A DNA stretch of 63,937 nt, the filler included. It is 8 parts of 8 records of this genome, joined end to end, with 100 filler letters (N's around TTAATTAATTAA, not from the genome) between each part and the next. Parts side by side here need not be neighbours in the genome. Positions count along the whole stretch, not along the records: positions 20,177 to 30,347 come from SRR31147125_23399; positions 30,448 to 37,148 come from SRR31147125_23420; positions 37,249 to 43,156 come from SRR31147125_23429; 5 more parts are not named here. The stretch is one strand, 5' to 3'. The stretch's first letter is position 1; every line of letters starts with the position of its first letter. Shown one piece after another: positions 29,949-39,287 of the stretch. Under the pieces are notes generated by a model. It did not search any database. It was not told the origin of the DNA and saw nothing but the letters and a program-made list of their open reading frames with translations. The translations under genes were made by a program, and so were the position numbers.

Positions 29949-30347
29949 ATGGCAAAATCTCTGGTGATTGTGGAATCGCCCGCTAAGGCGAAAACAATCG
30001 AAAAATTTCTCGGAAAAAACTACAAGGTTCTGGCTTCCTACGGTCATGTCAGGGCTCTGCCGAGCAAAAAAGGCTCGGTAAATGTGGAAAAAGATTTTGA
30101 ACCCCACTATGCAACTCTTTCCAAAAGCAAATCCTACCTGGACAACATTCAGAAAGAAGTCAAAAAGGCGGAAGAGCTGATTCTGGCCACTGACCCCGAC
30201 CGTGAAGGGGAGGCCATTGCCTGGCACCTCTTGGAAGCCATCGGCATAAGCGAGGAAGACCCCAAACTTAAAGTCAAAAGGGTCGCTTTCCATTCTATTA
30301 CCCAAAACGCGGTAACTCAGGCGATGGCGGAAGCTCGCAGGATTTCC
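29949..30347 (+). CDS. topA: DNA topoisomerase I, 5' part
   Basis: LVIVESPAKAKTI, ASYGHVRAL, LATDPDREGEAIAWHL. Confidence 0.95.
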
Positions 30348-30447
30348 NNNNNNNNNNNNNNNNNNNNNNNNNNNNNNNNNNNNNNNNNNNNTTAATTAAT
30401 TAANNNNNNNNNNNNNNNNNNNNNNNNNNNNNNNNNNNNNNNNNNNN

Positions 30448-31810
30448 AGGTAAAACATTGCTTGCAAAGGCAGTTGCTGGTGAAGCAGATGTTCCGTTTT
30501 TCAGTATAAGTGGTTCAGATTTTGTTGAAATGTTTGTTGGTGTTGGTGCGTCTCGTGTACGTGACATGTTTAAAAACGCAAAGAAAAACGCTCCATGTAT
30601 CTTATTCATAGATGAAATTGATGCTGTTGGTAGACATAGGGGCGCTGGTCTTGGTGGTGGTCATGATGAAAGAGAACAAACACTGAATCAACTATTGACT
30701 GAGATGGATGGATTTGAAGTAAATGAAGGAATAATTGTTTTAGCTGCTACAAACAGACGTGATATTTTAGACCCTGCTCTATTAAGACCTGGTAGATTTG
30801 ATAGGCAAGTGGTTGTTAACTACCCTGATGTAAAGGGAAGAGAAGAAATATTTAAAGTACATGCTAAAAACAAGCCTGTGGATGAAGAAATTGACTTTAA
30901 GTCTTTAGCTAGAAGTACTGCTGGCTCTACAGGTGCTGATATTGAAAATGTATTAAACGAAGCTGCAATATTGGCTGCTAGATCTAAACAAACACAAATA
31001 GAAACGCAAAACGTTCAAGATGCTATTTTAAAAGTTATGATTGGTCCAGAAAAGAAATCTAGGCTTGTAACTGAAAAGGATAAAGAGATTACTGCTTATC
31101 ATGAAATAGGACATGCTATTTGTGCAAACAAGCTAGAATACTGTGATGAAGTTCATGAAATCAGCATTATATCTAGAGGTATGGCGGCAGGATATACTCT
31201 TACATTGCCTGACGAAGACATGATGCATATGACAAAATCAAAGCTTCTTGATACGATTGCTATGATGCTTGGTGGTAGAGCTTGTGAAGAGGTTATGATT
31301 GGTGACGTATCAACTGGTGCTAGTTCAGATCTTCAAAGAGCTACAGAAACAGCAAGGAAAATGGTTGTTAACTTTGGAATGAGCAAAAAAATCGGATCTT
31401 TATTTTTAGGTAATGGGCAAGAGGTCTTTTTAGGAAAAGAATATGGTCATGCTAAAAACTATAGTGAAGATTTAGCGGCAAAAGTTGATGAAGAAATAAC
31501 TGTTATTCTTAAAGAAGCTTATCAAAGAGCCGTAGATATACTAGAAGAGAATAAAGAATTAGTAGAAACGTCGACTCGCGCGCTAATTGACAGAGAAAAA
31601 ATCTCTAGAGAAGAGTTTAATATGCTTATTGAGGGTAAGGAATTACCTGAAAAAGTTGTTGTAGTTGAAAGTGATGAAACTAACGACGACACTAAAACTC
31701 CTGAAAGCGAAATTGGTAGTGGATCTGATAGTTTGGAAGAGAAGAACGAAGCTGAAAACTCTGAAGAACAACTTGAGTCGGGAACTGTTTCTGATGATGG
31801 AAAAGAATAG
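30448..31810 (+). CDS. ftsH: ATP-dependent zinc metalloprotease, 5' truncated
   Basis: [36 protein letters not shown]. Confidence 0.96.
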
Positions 31811-31849
31811 AAATTTCCGGATCAGAAATTACTATAATTTTTAACAATT

Positions 31850-31880
31850 ATGGAGCGAATAATATTTTTCGCTCCATTTT
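31850..31880 (+). terminator. Intrinsic terminator after ftsH
   Basis: ATGGAGCGAA...TTCGCTCCATTTT. Confidence 0.6.
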
Positions 31881-31952
31881 GCATATTAAATCTTGCAAAC
31901 CTATGATATTTTGTGATAGATTGTTTTTATATTTAAATTTAGAGGTTTTTCG

Positions 31953-33123
31953 ATGATTCCTTCAAAAAGAATGGATAATTTTGAAACAAGCATATTTTCA
32001 ATTTTATTAGACAAAAAAAGAACTCATAAAAAAAGGTGTAGATGTAATTGACCTTAGTGTAGGCACTCCAAATATTCCGCCGACTGAAAACGTGAAGAGT
32101 GTAATATCAAAGCAAGCTTTGAAAAGCGAAAACTATATTTATTCAATTCAGGAATTACCCGAATTAATAGATACAGTTGTTAACTGGTATGATAAACGGT
32201 ATGGCGTTAAATTGGATGGTCAATCTGAGATTTTATCTGCTTTTGGAAGTCAAGAAGCATTAACAAGTGCTTTTTTGCCTATTATTGATCCAAGAGATTT
32301 AGTAATATTACCACAACCAGCTTATCCAGCTTTTGTTGCTGGAGCGCATATTGCTGGTGCAGAAATTTTTTATTTGCCTCAAAGAGAGGAAAATGGATAT
32401 ATTGTTGATTTGTCAGAAATACCAGATGAAGTTGCTTATAGAGCAAAGGTAATAGTTGTTTCGTATCCAAATAATCCTACAGCGGCTATAGCCCCAGATA
32501 GTTTTTATGAAGAACTCATTAAATTTGCGAAAAAACACGACATTTTTATAATTCATGATAACGCATATAGCGAATTGGTTTTTGATGGTAAAGTGGGAAA
32601 AAGTTTTTTAGCATTTAAAGATGCTAAAGAAGTTGGAGTAGAATTTAATTCTTTGTCAAAAACATATGGTATGGCAGGCGTAAGAGTAGGGTTTTGTATT
32701 GGAAATGCTGAATATATTAAAGTATTAAACGTCATTAAATCTAATACTAACTACGGTCTTTTTTTACCTGTTCAAAGATCTGCAATTGAAGCACTTTCTC
32801 AAGATCAAACTTGTGTTAAAAATACTTGTGCTGCTTACCAGCATAGAAGAGATATAATTGTAAAGTACTTTGGTGAAATCGGCTGGCATATTAAACCGTC
32901 TGCTGGTACAATGTTTGTTTGGACAAAGTTACCAGAAGGATATGATGATTCTTTTAAATTTGCTATGGAGCTATTTGAAAAAACTGGAGTTTTAGTTGTT
33001 CCAGGCATTAGCTTTGGAAAAGCAGGGGAAGGCCACGTTAGAATTGCTCTTGTTGCAGATGATGACAAGATTATAGAAGCTGCAAATAGAATACATAATA
33101 GTGGTATTATAATAGGTGACTGA
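31953..33123 (+). CDS. Class I/II PLP-dependent aminotransferase (LL-DAP aminotransferase-like); frameshift in the A-run near 32015
   Basis: YPNNPT, DNAY, SLSKTYGMAGVRVG; the upstream frame gives MIPSKRMDNF...IDLSVGTP. Confidence 0.85.
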
Positions 33124-33962
33124 TGAAAGCTGATTTACACATACATACAACTGCATCAGATGGGAGCTTTTCTAGCGAGCAAATCGTTGAAAAAGCTATT
33201 AAGAAGTCTGTCGATTTTATTGCAATTGCTGACCACGATACGGTTAGTGGGGTTAGTGCTTTTTTAAAAGCATCTAAGCAACATAATCTAACTGCCATGC
33301 CTGCAATTGAATTTAGTGTAGAATATACTAAACCACTCCATATTTTAGGTTATTTAGTTGATATAGAAAATGATAGTTTAAAACGTAAACTTGCAAAGTT
33401 TGAGCATGATAGGATTGAAAGAGTACATAAAATAATAAACATGCTACAAGGCAAGGGATTAGATATAAATTTTGATGATGTAAAGAATGGTTGTACTTCA
33501 AAATCTTTAGGTAGAGTTCATATAGCAAAAGCTTTATTGGAAAAAGGCTATGTACATGATATATCTGAAGCTTTTGATAGATTCATTTCGGCTGATAAGA
33601 TAAAAGAGATAGAACGTGAAAGGATTGATGCTAAAACTTGTATAGAGCTTATAGCAAATGCAGGTGGTGTTTCAATTTTGGCCCATCCATCTTTTATGTA
33701 TGATGAAGATTTTGAGTACTATGTTAATGAACTTACATCTTATGGACTTAATGGTTTAGAGGTTTATTGCCCAGATAATACTGATGAACAAGCAAAAGTA
33801 TTTGAAAAGATGTGTATTGATAAAGGTCTTATCGCAACATGTGGCAGTGATTTTCATGGCAAAGCAAAGAAACATTTATATGTGGGTTGTGAGAATAGAA
33901 CCAGCGAATATTTAGAATATTGTATTAATTTATTATATAACAAGACAAAAGAGAGGTTTTAG
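33123..33962 (+). CDS. PHP-domain phosphoesterase (TrpH/YciV-like)
   Basis: DLHIHTTASDG, DHDT, GRVHIA, LAHP, GSDFHG. Confidence 0.9.
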   Translation: MKADLHIHTTASDGSFSSEQIVEKAIKKSVDFIAIADHDTVSGVSAFLKASKQHNLTAMPAIEFSVEYTKPLHILGYLVDIENDSLKRKLAKFEHDRIERVHKIINMLQGKGLDINFDDVKNGCTSKSLGRVHIAKALLEKGYVHDISEAFDRFISADKIKEIERERIDAKTCIELIANAGGVSILAHPSFMYDEDFEYYVNELTSYGLNGLEVYCPDNTDEQAKVFEKMCIDKGLIATCGSDFHGKAKKHLYVGCENRTSEYLEYCINLLYNKTKERF

Positions 33963-33963
33963 T

Positions 33964-35148
33964 GTGAGTGGTGTAGCGTTTGCAAAAGGTTTTAAAAGCA
34001 GTGGAGTTTCGTGTGGATTAAAAAAAGATGGTTTAAAGGATTTGGCGCTTGTGGTTTGTGATAAAATGGCTAGTGTTGCTGGTGTTTTTACAAAAAACGT
34101 GGTTAAGGGTCATTCTTTAGAATTATGTAAACAAAATATAAAGGACGGAAAAGCAAAGGCTATTGTTATAAATTCTGGATGCGCTAATGCTTGCTTGGGT
34201 CAAAAAGGATTTGATGATGCAAAGCTTATGGCTGAACATCTTTCTAATAAATTATGCGTAAATGCAAATGATGTTCTAACAGCATCTACAGGCGTAATAG
34301 GTGTTCCACTTGACATGGATAAAATAAGCAAAGGAATCGATGAGGCTTATAATCGCCTTAGCCTTGATGGAGTAGATGCGGCAAAAGCGATTATGACAAC
34401 AGATACGTATGAAAAAATTGCTCAAGTTGAATTTGAATTATTTGGGCAAAAGGTTCGTATTGGCGGTATGGCAAAGGGTTCTGGAATGATTCATCCAAAT
34501 ATGGCTACAATGATAAGCGTTATTACAACGGATATTAGCATAGAATCAGATGTCTTGCAGGATGCGCTTACATCTTGTGTTGATAAAACATATAATAAAA
34601 TTTCTGTAGATGGAGATACTAGCGTTTGTGACAAGGTTTTAGTTATGTCTTCAAACATGACTGAAAATTATTTGGATAAAGGAACAACTGAATATTGTGT
34701 TTTTGTAGAAAAACTAAATGAAGTTTGTGAAGAGCTATCAAAAATGTTGGCATCAGACGGTGAGGGAGCAACAAAGCTTTTAACAATTAAGGTTTTAAAT
34801 GCAAAGTCACAAAAGGATGCTGATTTTATCACGAGTGCAATATCAAAATCTCCGTTATGTAAAACTGCTGCTTTTGGAAATGACGCAAACTGGGGAAGGT
34901 TAATAACTGCTGCTGGGTATTCTGGTGCTGAGTTTGATCAAACTAAGATCGATATTTATATTGGAAGCGTCATGGTTTGTAAAGATGGATGTGGGCTTAT
35001 GTTTGATGAGAAAAAAGCACTTGAGGTGTTGAAAAAACATGAAGTTGAGTACATAATAGACTTAAAAGATGGAAATTTTAACGATGTAATGTGGACGTGT
35101 GATTTAAGCTATGATTACGTAAAAATTAACGGTGATTATAGAACTTAG
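33964..35148 (+). CDS. argJ: Bifunctional glutamate N-acetyltransferase
   Basis: NSGCANA, STGVIG, IMTTDT, AKGSGMIHPNMATM, DGEGATK, INGDYRT. Confidence 0.96.
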   Translation: MSGVAFAKGFKSSGVSCGLKKDGLKDLALVVCDKMASVAGVFTKNVVKGHSLELCKQNIKDGKAKAIVINSGCANACLGQKGFDDAKLMAEHLSNKLCVNANDVLTASTGVIGVPLDMDKISKGIDEAYNRLSLDGVDAAKAIMTTDTYEKIAQVEFELFGQKVRIGGMAKGSGMIHPNMATMISVITTDISIESDVLQDALTSCVDKTYNKISVDGDTSVCDKVLVMSSNMTENYLDKGTTEYCVFVEKLNEVCEELSKMLASDGEGATKLLTIKVLNAKSQKDADFITSAISKSPLCKTAAFGNDANWGRLITAAGYSGAEFDQTKIDIYIGSVMVCKDGCGLMFDEKKALEVLKKHEVEYIIDLKDGNFNDVMWTCDLSYDYVKINGDYRT

Positions 35149-35210
35149 CTTAAAAAACTGCATCATCATATATTGAGTATAAATCAATATATCCGTAAAT
35201 AAATTTAAGG

Positions 35211-35290
35211 TTGATATTTATTTATATGTGTGTTAGTATATAATAAATAGATGTGTTGTTCTAGAGAAGTGGGTTTTTTTCCCGCTTTTT
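35211..35290 (+). promoter_or_regulatory. Promoter and rimP leader hairpin
   Basis: TTGATA, 17 nt, TAGTAT with extended TG; then AAGTGGG-T7-CCCGCTTTTT hairpin resembling the conserved rimP leader. Confidence 0.55.
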
Positions 35291-35378
35291 TATATGTATA
35301 AACAATATATTGTTGGCTCAATATTAACTATTTAAAAGAATATTCGACCAACAAATATAAATAATAAGGAAAATTGAT

Positions 35379-35837
35379 TTGGCGAAAAAGATTGAAACAA
35401 TTGTAAGTGAACTAGCTTCTCATTTGGCACAACAAATGGGTTTTGAATTTGTAGATTGCGAGTATAAAAAGTTTGGGCAAGAGTATACTCTTACACTTTT
35501 TATTGATAAAGAAAATGGCGTTAATCTTGATGACTGTGAAAAGTTCAGTAGAGAGATTGAGCTCAAGCTAGACGAGATGGATCCTATAGATAATGAATAT
35601 ATCTTAAGCGTTTCTTCTCCTGGACTTGATAGAGCTTTAAAAACTGATAAAGACTTCGACAAAAATATTCAAAAGAAGATATATATTAAACTTTATAGAG
35701 CTATTAATAAAAGAAAAGAATTTGTAGTAAAGCTTATAAGTTATGGTGAAAATGATATAACTGTAAACGATGGAAAAGAAGATGTAATATTTGAGAAAAA
35801 GGATATTGCAATAATTAAACAACATATAGATTTTTAG
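35379..35837 (+). CDS. rimP: Ribosome maturation factor
   Basis: GVNLDDCEKFSR, YILSVSSPGLDRAL. Confidence 0.93.
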   Translation: MAKKIETIVSELASHLAQQMGFEFVDCEYKKFGQEYTLTLFIDKENGVNLDDCEKFSREIELKLDEMDPIDNEYILSVSSPGLDRALKTDKDFDKNIQKKIYIKLYRAINKRKEFVVKLISYGENDITVNDGKEDVIFEKKDIAIIKQHIDF

Positions 35838-35895
35838 TAAGCTTGAATTTTGAAAGGAGTAAGGAAGTATAAAAACTTTCTTTAGAAGAAATTTT

Positions 35896-37113
35896 ATGAA
35901 CGAACAATTTATATATGCATTAGAAGAGCTAGAAAAAGAAAAAGGCATCAACAAAGAAATTTTAGTAGAGACTATTCAAATGGCGTTGATTTCTGCATAC
36001 AAAAGAAACTTTGGTAGCAGCGAGAATGTCTATGTTGAGCTTGAAGAAAATACAGGTGATATTAAAGTTTTATGTACAAAAAACGTTGTTGAAGAAGTTA
36101 CTGATAAAAACGAAGAAATATCATTAGAGGATGCTCGTAAGAAGAATCCTGCATATGAAATTGGAGATAGATTAGAAGTTGAAGTTACGCCTTCTTCTTT
36201 TGGTAGATTAGCTGCTCAAACAGCTAAAAATGTTGTAGTGCAAAAAATTAGAGAAGCTGAAAGAGGCGTTATTTTTGATCAATACCTAGAGCGTCAAGGT
36301 GAAGTTTTGACTGGTGTCGTTCATAGAATTGATAAAGGTAAAGTGTTTTTAGAAATTGGCAAAGCAGAAGGGCTTATGATGCCTTCTGAAGTTGTGCGTA
36401 ATGAACGATTAAACATAAACGAAAGAATTAAAGTTTTTATAACTGAAGTTAAAAAGACCAACAAAGGTCCTCAAATTATGGTGTCAAGAACTCATCCAGG
36501 TCTTGTTAAAAGATTATTTGAAATGGAAGTTCCTGAAATAAGTCAGAATGTTGTTGAAATAAAAAATATCGCTCGTGAAGCTGGATATAGATCTAAAATT
36601 GCTGTTAATGCAACCGAAGAAAACATCGATCCAGTTGGTGCATGTGTAGGTCAAAGAGGTTCTAGGATTGAAAAGATTGTTGAAGAACTTAAAGGTGAGA
36701 AAATTGATGTTATACCTTGGAGCGATGATAGTGTTGAATTTATAGCTAATGCAATTAGGCCTGCAAAAGTTATTATGGCTCAAGTTGATGAAGAGTTCAA
36801 GGCAGCTAAAGTAATTGTTCCTGATGATCAGCTTTCATTAGCTATTGGAAGAGAAGGTCAAAATGCAAGACTTGCTGCAAAGCTTACAGGCTGGAAGATT
36901 GATATTAAAAGTCAAACTCAAGCAGAAAATGACTTGTTTAATAACAACAATGATGTTGAAGAAGATGAAATGTTCGAAGATGATGTGATTGAGCAAGATG
37001 AAGAAAATAACGAGCTTGAACAAGATATAGAAAACGAATTAAATGACTCTAATAATATAGAAGATGCAGATTTAGACGAATTATTCGATATTGATTTAGA
37101 TGAAGAAAAATAA
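35896..37113 (+). CDS. nusA: Transcription termination factor
   Basis: FGRLAAQTAK, AREAGYRSK, DPVGACVG, LSLAIGREGQNARLAAKLTGWKIDI. Confidence 0.97.
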   Translation: MNEQFIYALEELEKEKGINKEILVETIQMALISAYKRNFGSSENVYVELEENTGDIKVLCTKNVVEEVTDKNEEISLEDARKKNPAYEIGDRLEVEVTPSSFGRLAAQTAKNVVVQKIREAERGVIFDQYLERQGEVLTGVVHRIDKGKVFLEIGKAEGLMMPSEVVRNERLNINERIKVFITEVKKTNKGPQIMVSRTHPGLVKRLFEMEVPEISQNVVEIKNIAREAGYRSKIAVNATEENIDPVGACVGQRGSRIEKIVEELKGEKIDVIPWSDDSVEFIANAIRPAKVIMAQVDEEFKAAKVIVPDDQLSLAIGREGQNARLAAKLTGWKIDIKSQTQAENDLFNNNNDVEEDEMFEDDVIEQDEENNELEQDIENELNDSNNIEDADLDELFDIDLDEEK

Positions 37114-37258
37114 GATTTTTGGTGAGTAGTATTGAAAACTAAGAAAAANNNNNNNNNNNNNNNNNNNNNNNNNNNNNNNNNNNNNNNNNNNNTTAATTAA
37201 TTAANNNNNNNNNNNNNNNNNNNNNNNNNNNNNNNNNNNNNNNNNNNNGGAGGTTGCT

Positions 37259-38272
37259 ATCCAAATTATTATCAATTCTCCAGGTTCGATTATTAAGCAG
37301 AAAGACGAAATTTTTCGGTTTCAGAATAAGGAAAACAGGCTTGATCTGTCTCCCATGAAAATCGAATCCATCATCATCTCAAATAAGGCCATGGTCACCA
37401 CCCAGGCAATTAATCTTGCCCTGGATCACAATATAGACCTGATATTCCTTGACCCTTACGGCTTTCCCACAGGCCGGGTATGGTTTTCAAAAATGGGCTC
37501 CACCACCCTGATCCGTCGCAGACAGCTTGATGCCGCAATCGGCGATCTGGGCCTTTCCCTTGCCCTTGACATGGTCAGGCAGAAAATAAGCCACCAGCTT
37601 GAGTTTTTAAAAAAACTCAAATACGCAAGGCCTGACAGGCACAGCCTGTTTGACAAACCCCTTGAAACTATTTCGGGGTCATTAAAAGGACTTGACCGGG
37701 AATTCGACGGCCTTGATGAATCCCGCTCAAGCATCATGGGAATCGAAGGCACGGCCGGCCGGGCGTATTTTTCCTGCATATCAAAGCTCATGCCCGAAGC
37801 CTACCGGTTTAAGGCCCGGAGCAAACGCCCGGCCAAAGATCCGTTTAATGCCGTGCTCAATTATTGTTACGGTGTGCTCTACTCCCGGGTTGAAAAATGC
37901 TGCATCATTGCAGGATTGGATCCTTTTATAGGGTTCATGCACACGGATAACTATAATAAAAAATCTATGGTCTTTGATTTGATCGAACCCTTCAGGGTCT
38001 TTGCAGAGCAGTGCGCCGTCTATTTTTTCACAGGAAAAAAGGCAAAACCGGCCTATTTTGAACAAAATGAACATTCCTGCACCCTCAACGACAAGGGCAA
38101 ACCCCTGGTCATTGAATCATTGAACAGACACCTGGAAGAAACGGTCCGGTACAGAAAACGGAATGTCAAAAGAAAGCAGATCATCAGCCATGAAGCCCAC
38201 AGGCTGGCCAATATCCTTATTGATGAAAGCGAATTTAAAAGGCCTGAATGGCTGGAGATAAAGGAGTTCTGA
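37259..38272 (+). CDS. cas1: CRISPR-associated endonuclease Cas1
   Basis: MGIEGTAGRAYF, DPFNAVLNYCYG, GLDPFIGFMH, FDLIEPFR; the frame extends 32 codons upstream of the ORF-track start. Confidence 0.93.
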   Translation: MQIIINSPGSIIKQKDEIFRFQNKENRLDLSPMKIESIIISNKAMVTTQAINLALDHNIDLIFLDPYGFPTGRVWFSKMGSTTLIRRRQLDAAIGDLGLSLALDMVRQKISHQLEFLKKLKYARPDRHSLFDKPLETISGSLKGLDREFDGLDESRSSIMGIEGTAGRAYFSCISKLMPEAYRFKARSKRPAKDPFNAVLNYCYGVLYSRVEKCCIIAGLDPFIGFMHTDNYNKKSMVFDLIEPFRVFAEQCAVYFFTGKKAKPAYFEQNEHSCTLNDKGKPLVIESLNRHLEETVRYRKRNVKRKQIISHEAHRLANILIDESEFKRPEWLEIKEF

Positions 38273-38273
38273 C

Positions 38274-38573
38274 ATGGCTGACATCCTTGCGTGGATCATG
38301 TACGACATCGCCTCCAACAAGATCAGGAATCGGGTGGCCAAAAAATGCAAGAAATACGGCCTGACCCGGGTGCAGAAAAGCATATTTTTAGGCCGCCTCG
38401 ACTACAACCGTTTTGACGAACTGGCGGAGTTCTGCCTTGAAGAGATCGAAGAGGATACGGACAGTGTCTATCTCTTCCCCTTTTGCCAGGACGATTTTCG
38501 AAAAATCAACGTCCTGGGCCAGGGCTTTGATAAGAAACTGGTGAACGATGAAATTCTGTCCAAGTTTTTTTAA
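38274..38573 (+). CDS. cas2: CRISPR-associated endonuclease Cas2
   Basis: IMYDIASNKIRNRVAKKCKKYGLTRVQKSIF, DSVYLFP. Confidence 0.95.
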   Translation: MADILAWIMYDIASNKIRNRVAKKCKKYGLTRVQKSIFLGRLDYNRFDELAEFCLEEIEEDTDSVYLFPFCQDDFRKINVLGQGFDKKLVNDEILSKFF

Positions 38574-38596
38574 TCCATAACTCAACTCAATGAAGT

Positions 38597-39262
38597 ATGA
38601 AAAAAGCCACACTCACTTTTAACAACATTCGGCTGAAGCCATCCCAGACACACAAGCTGAGGGGATATGTTGGAAATGTTTTCAAACAACATGACCTGAT
38701 TCACAACCATGACCCGGTTACCGGGAGGCATATCTATAGGTACCCCCTGATTCAATTTAAGGTTATTGATAAAATTCCGTGCATTATCGCCTTGACCGAG
38801 AGCGCAGTGAGGATTTTTACGGATATTTTTATGACGATGGATGAAATCGTTATTGAAAATAGAGTTATTCGGGTCCATGAAAAAGACTTAAAAGTTGAAA
38901 CCGTTGATTTTGGTTATTCTGAAGAGGTTTTTTTATATGAACTGATAACACCATGGCTGGCGCTAAATCAAAAAAACCATTGCGCATACAAACAGGCGAA
39001 GACACAAAGGTCAAAAGAAAATTTGTTAATAAAGATCCTCACGGGCAATATTTTGTCTATGTCAAAGGATCTCGGGCTTTTTCTTGACAAGGAGCAAAAG
39101 ATATTCTCACGGGTGCAGCTAAAAGAGGCGACCGCTAATCTGAAGGGGCAAAAAATGCTCGGTTTTTCTGGAATGTTTAAAACCAATTTTTTAATACCGG
39201 ATTATGCGGGAATAGGTAAGGCCGTATCCAGAGGCTACGGATCCGTTAGACGATTATTGTAG
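38597..39262 (+). CDS. cas6: CRISPR-associated endoribonuclease Cas6 (Cas6b-like)
   Basis: KLRGY, HNH...YRYPLIQFK, TPWLALNQ, G-rich loop GIGKAVSRGYG. Confidence 0.88.
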   Translation: MKKATLTFNNIRLKPSQTHKLRGYVGNVFKQHDLIHNHDPVTGRHIYRYPLIQFKVIDKIPCIIALTESAVRIFTDIFMTMDEIVIENRVIRVHEKDLKVETVDFGYSEEVFLYELITPWLALNQKNHCAYKQAKTQRSKENLLIKILTGNILSMSKDLGLFLDKEQKIFSRVQLKEATANLKGQKMLGFSGMFKTNFLIPDYAGIGKAVSRGYGSVRRLL

Positions 39263-39287
39263 ATATAAATATTTGCCTTGAAAGGGT

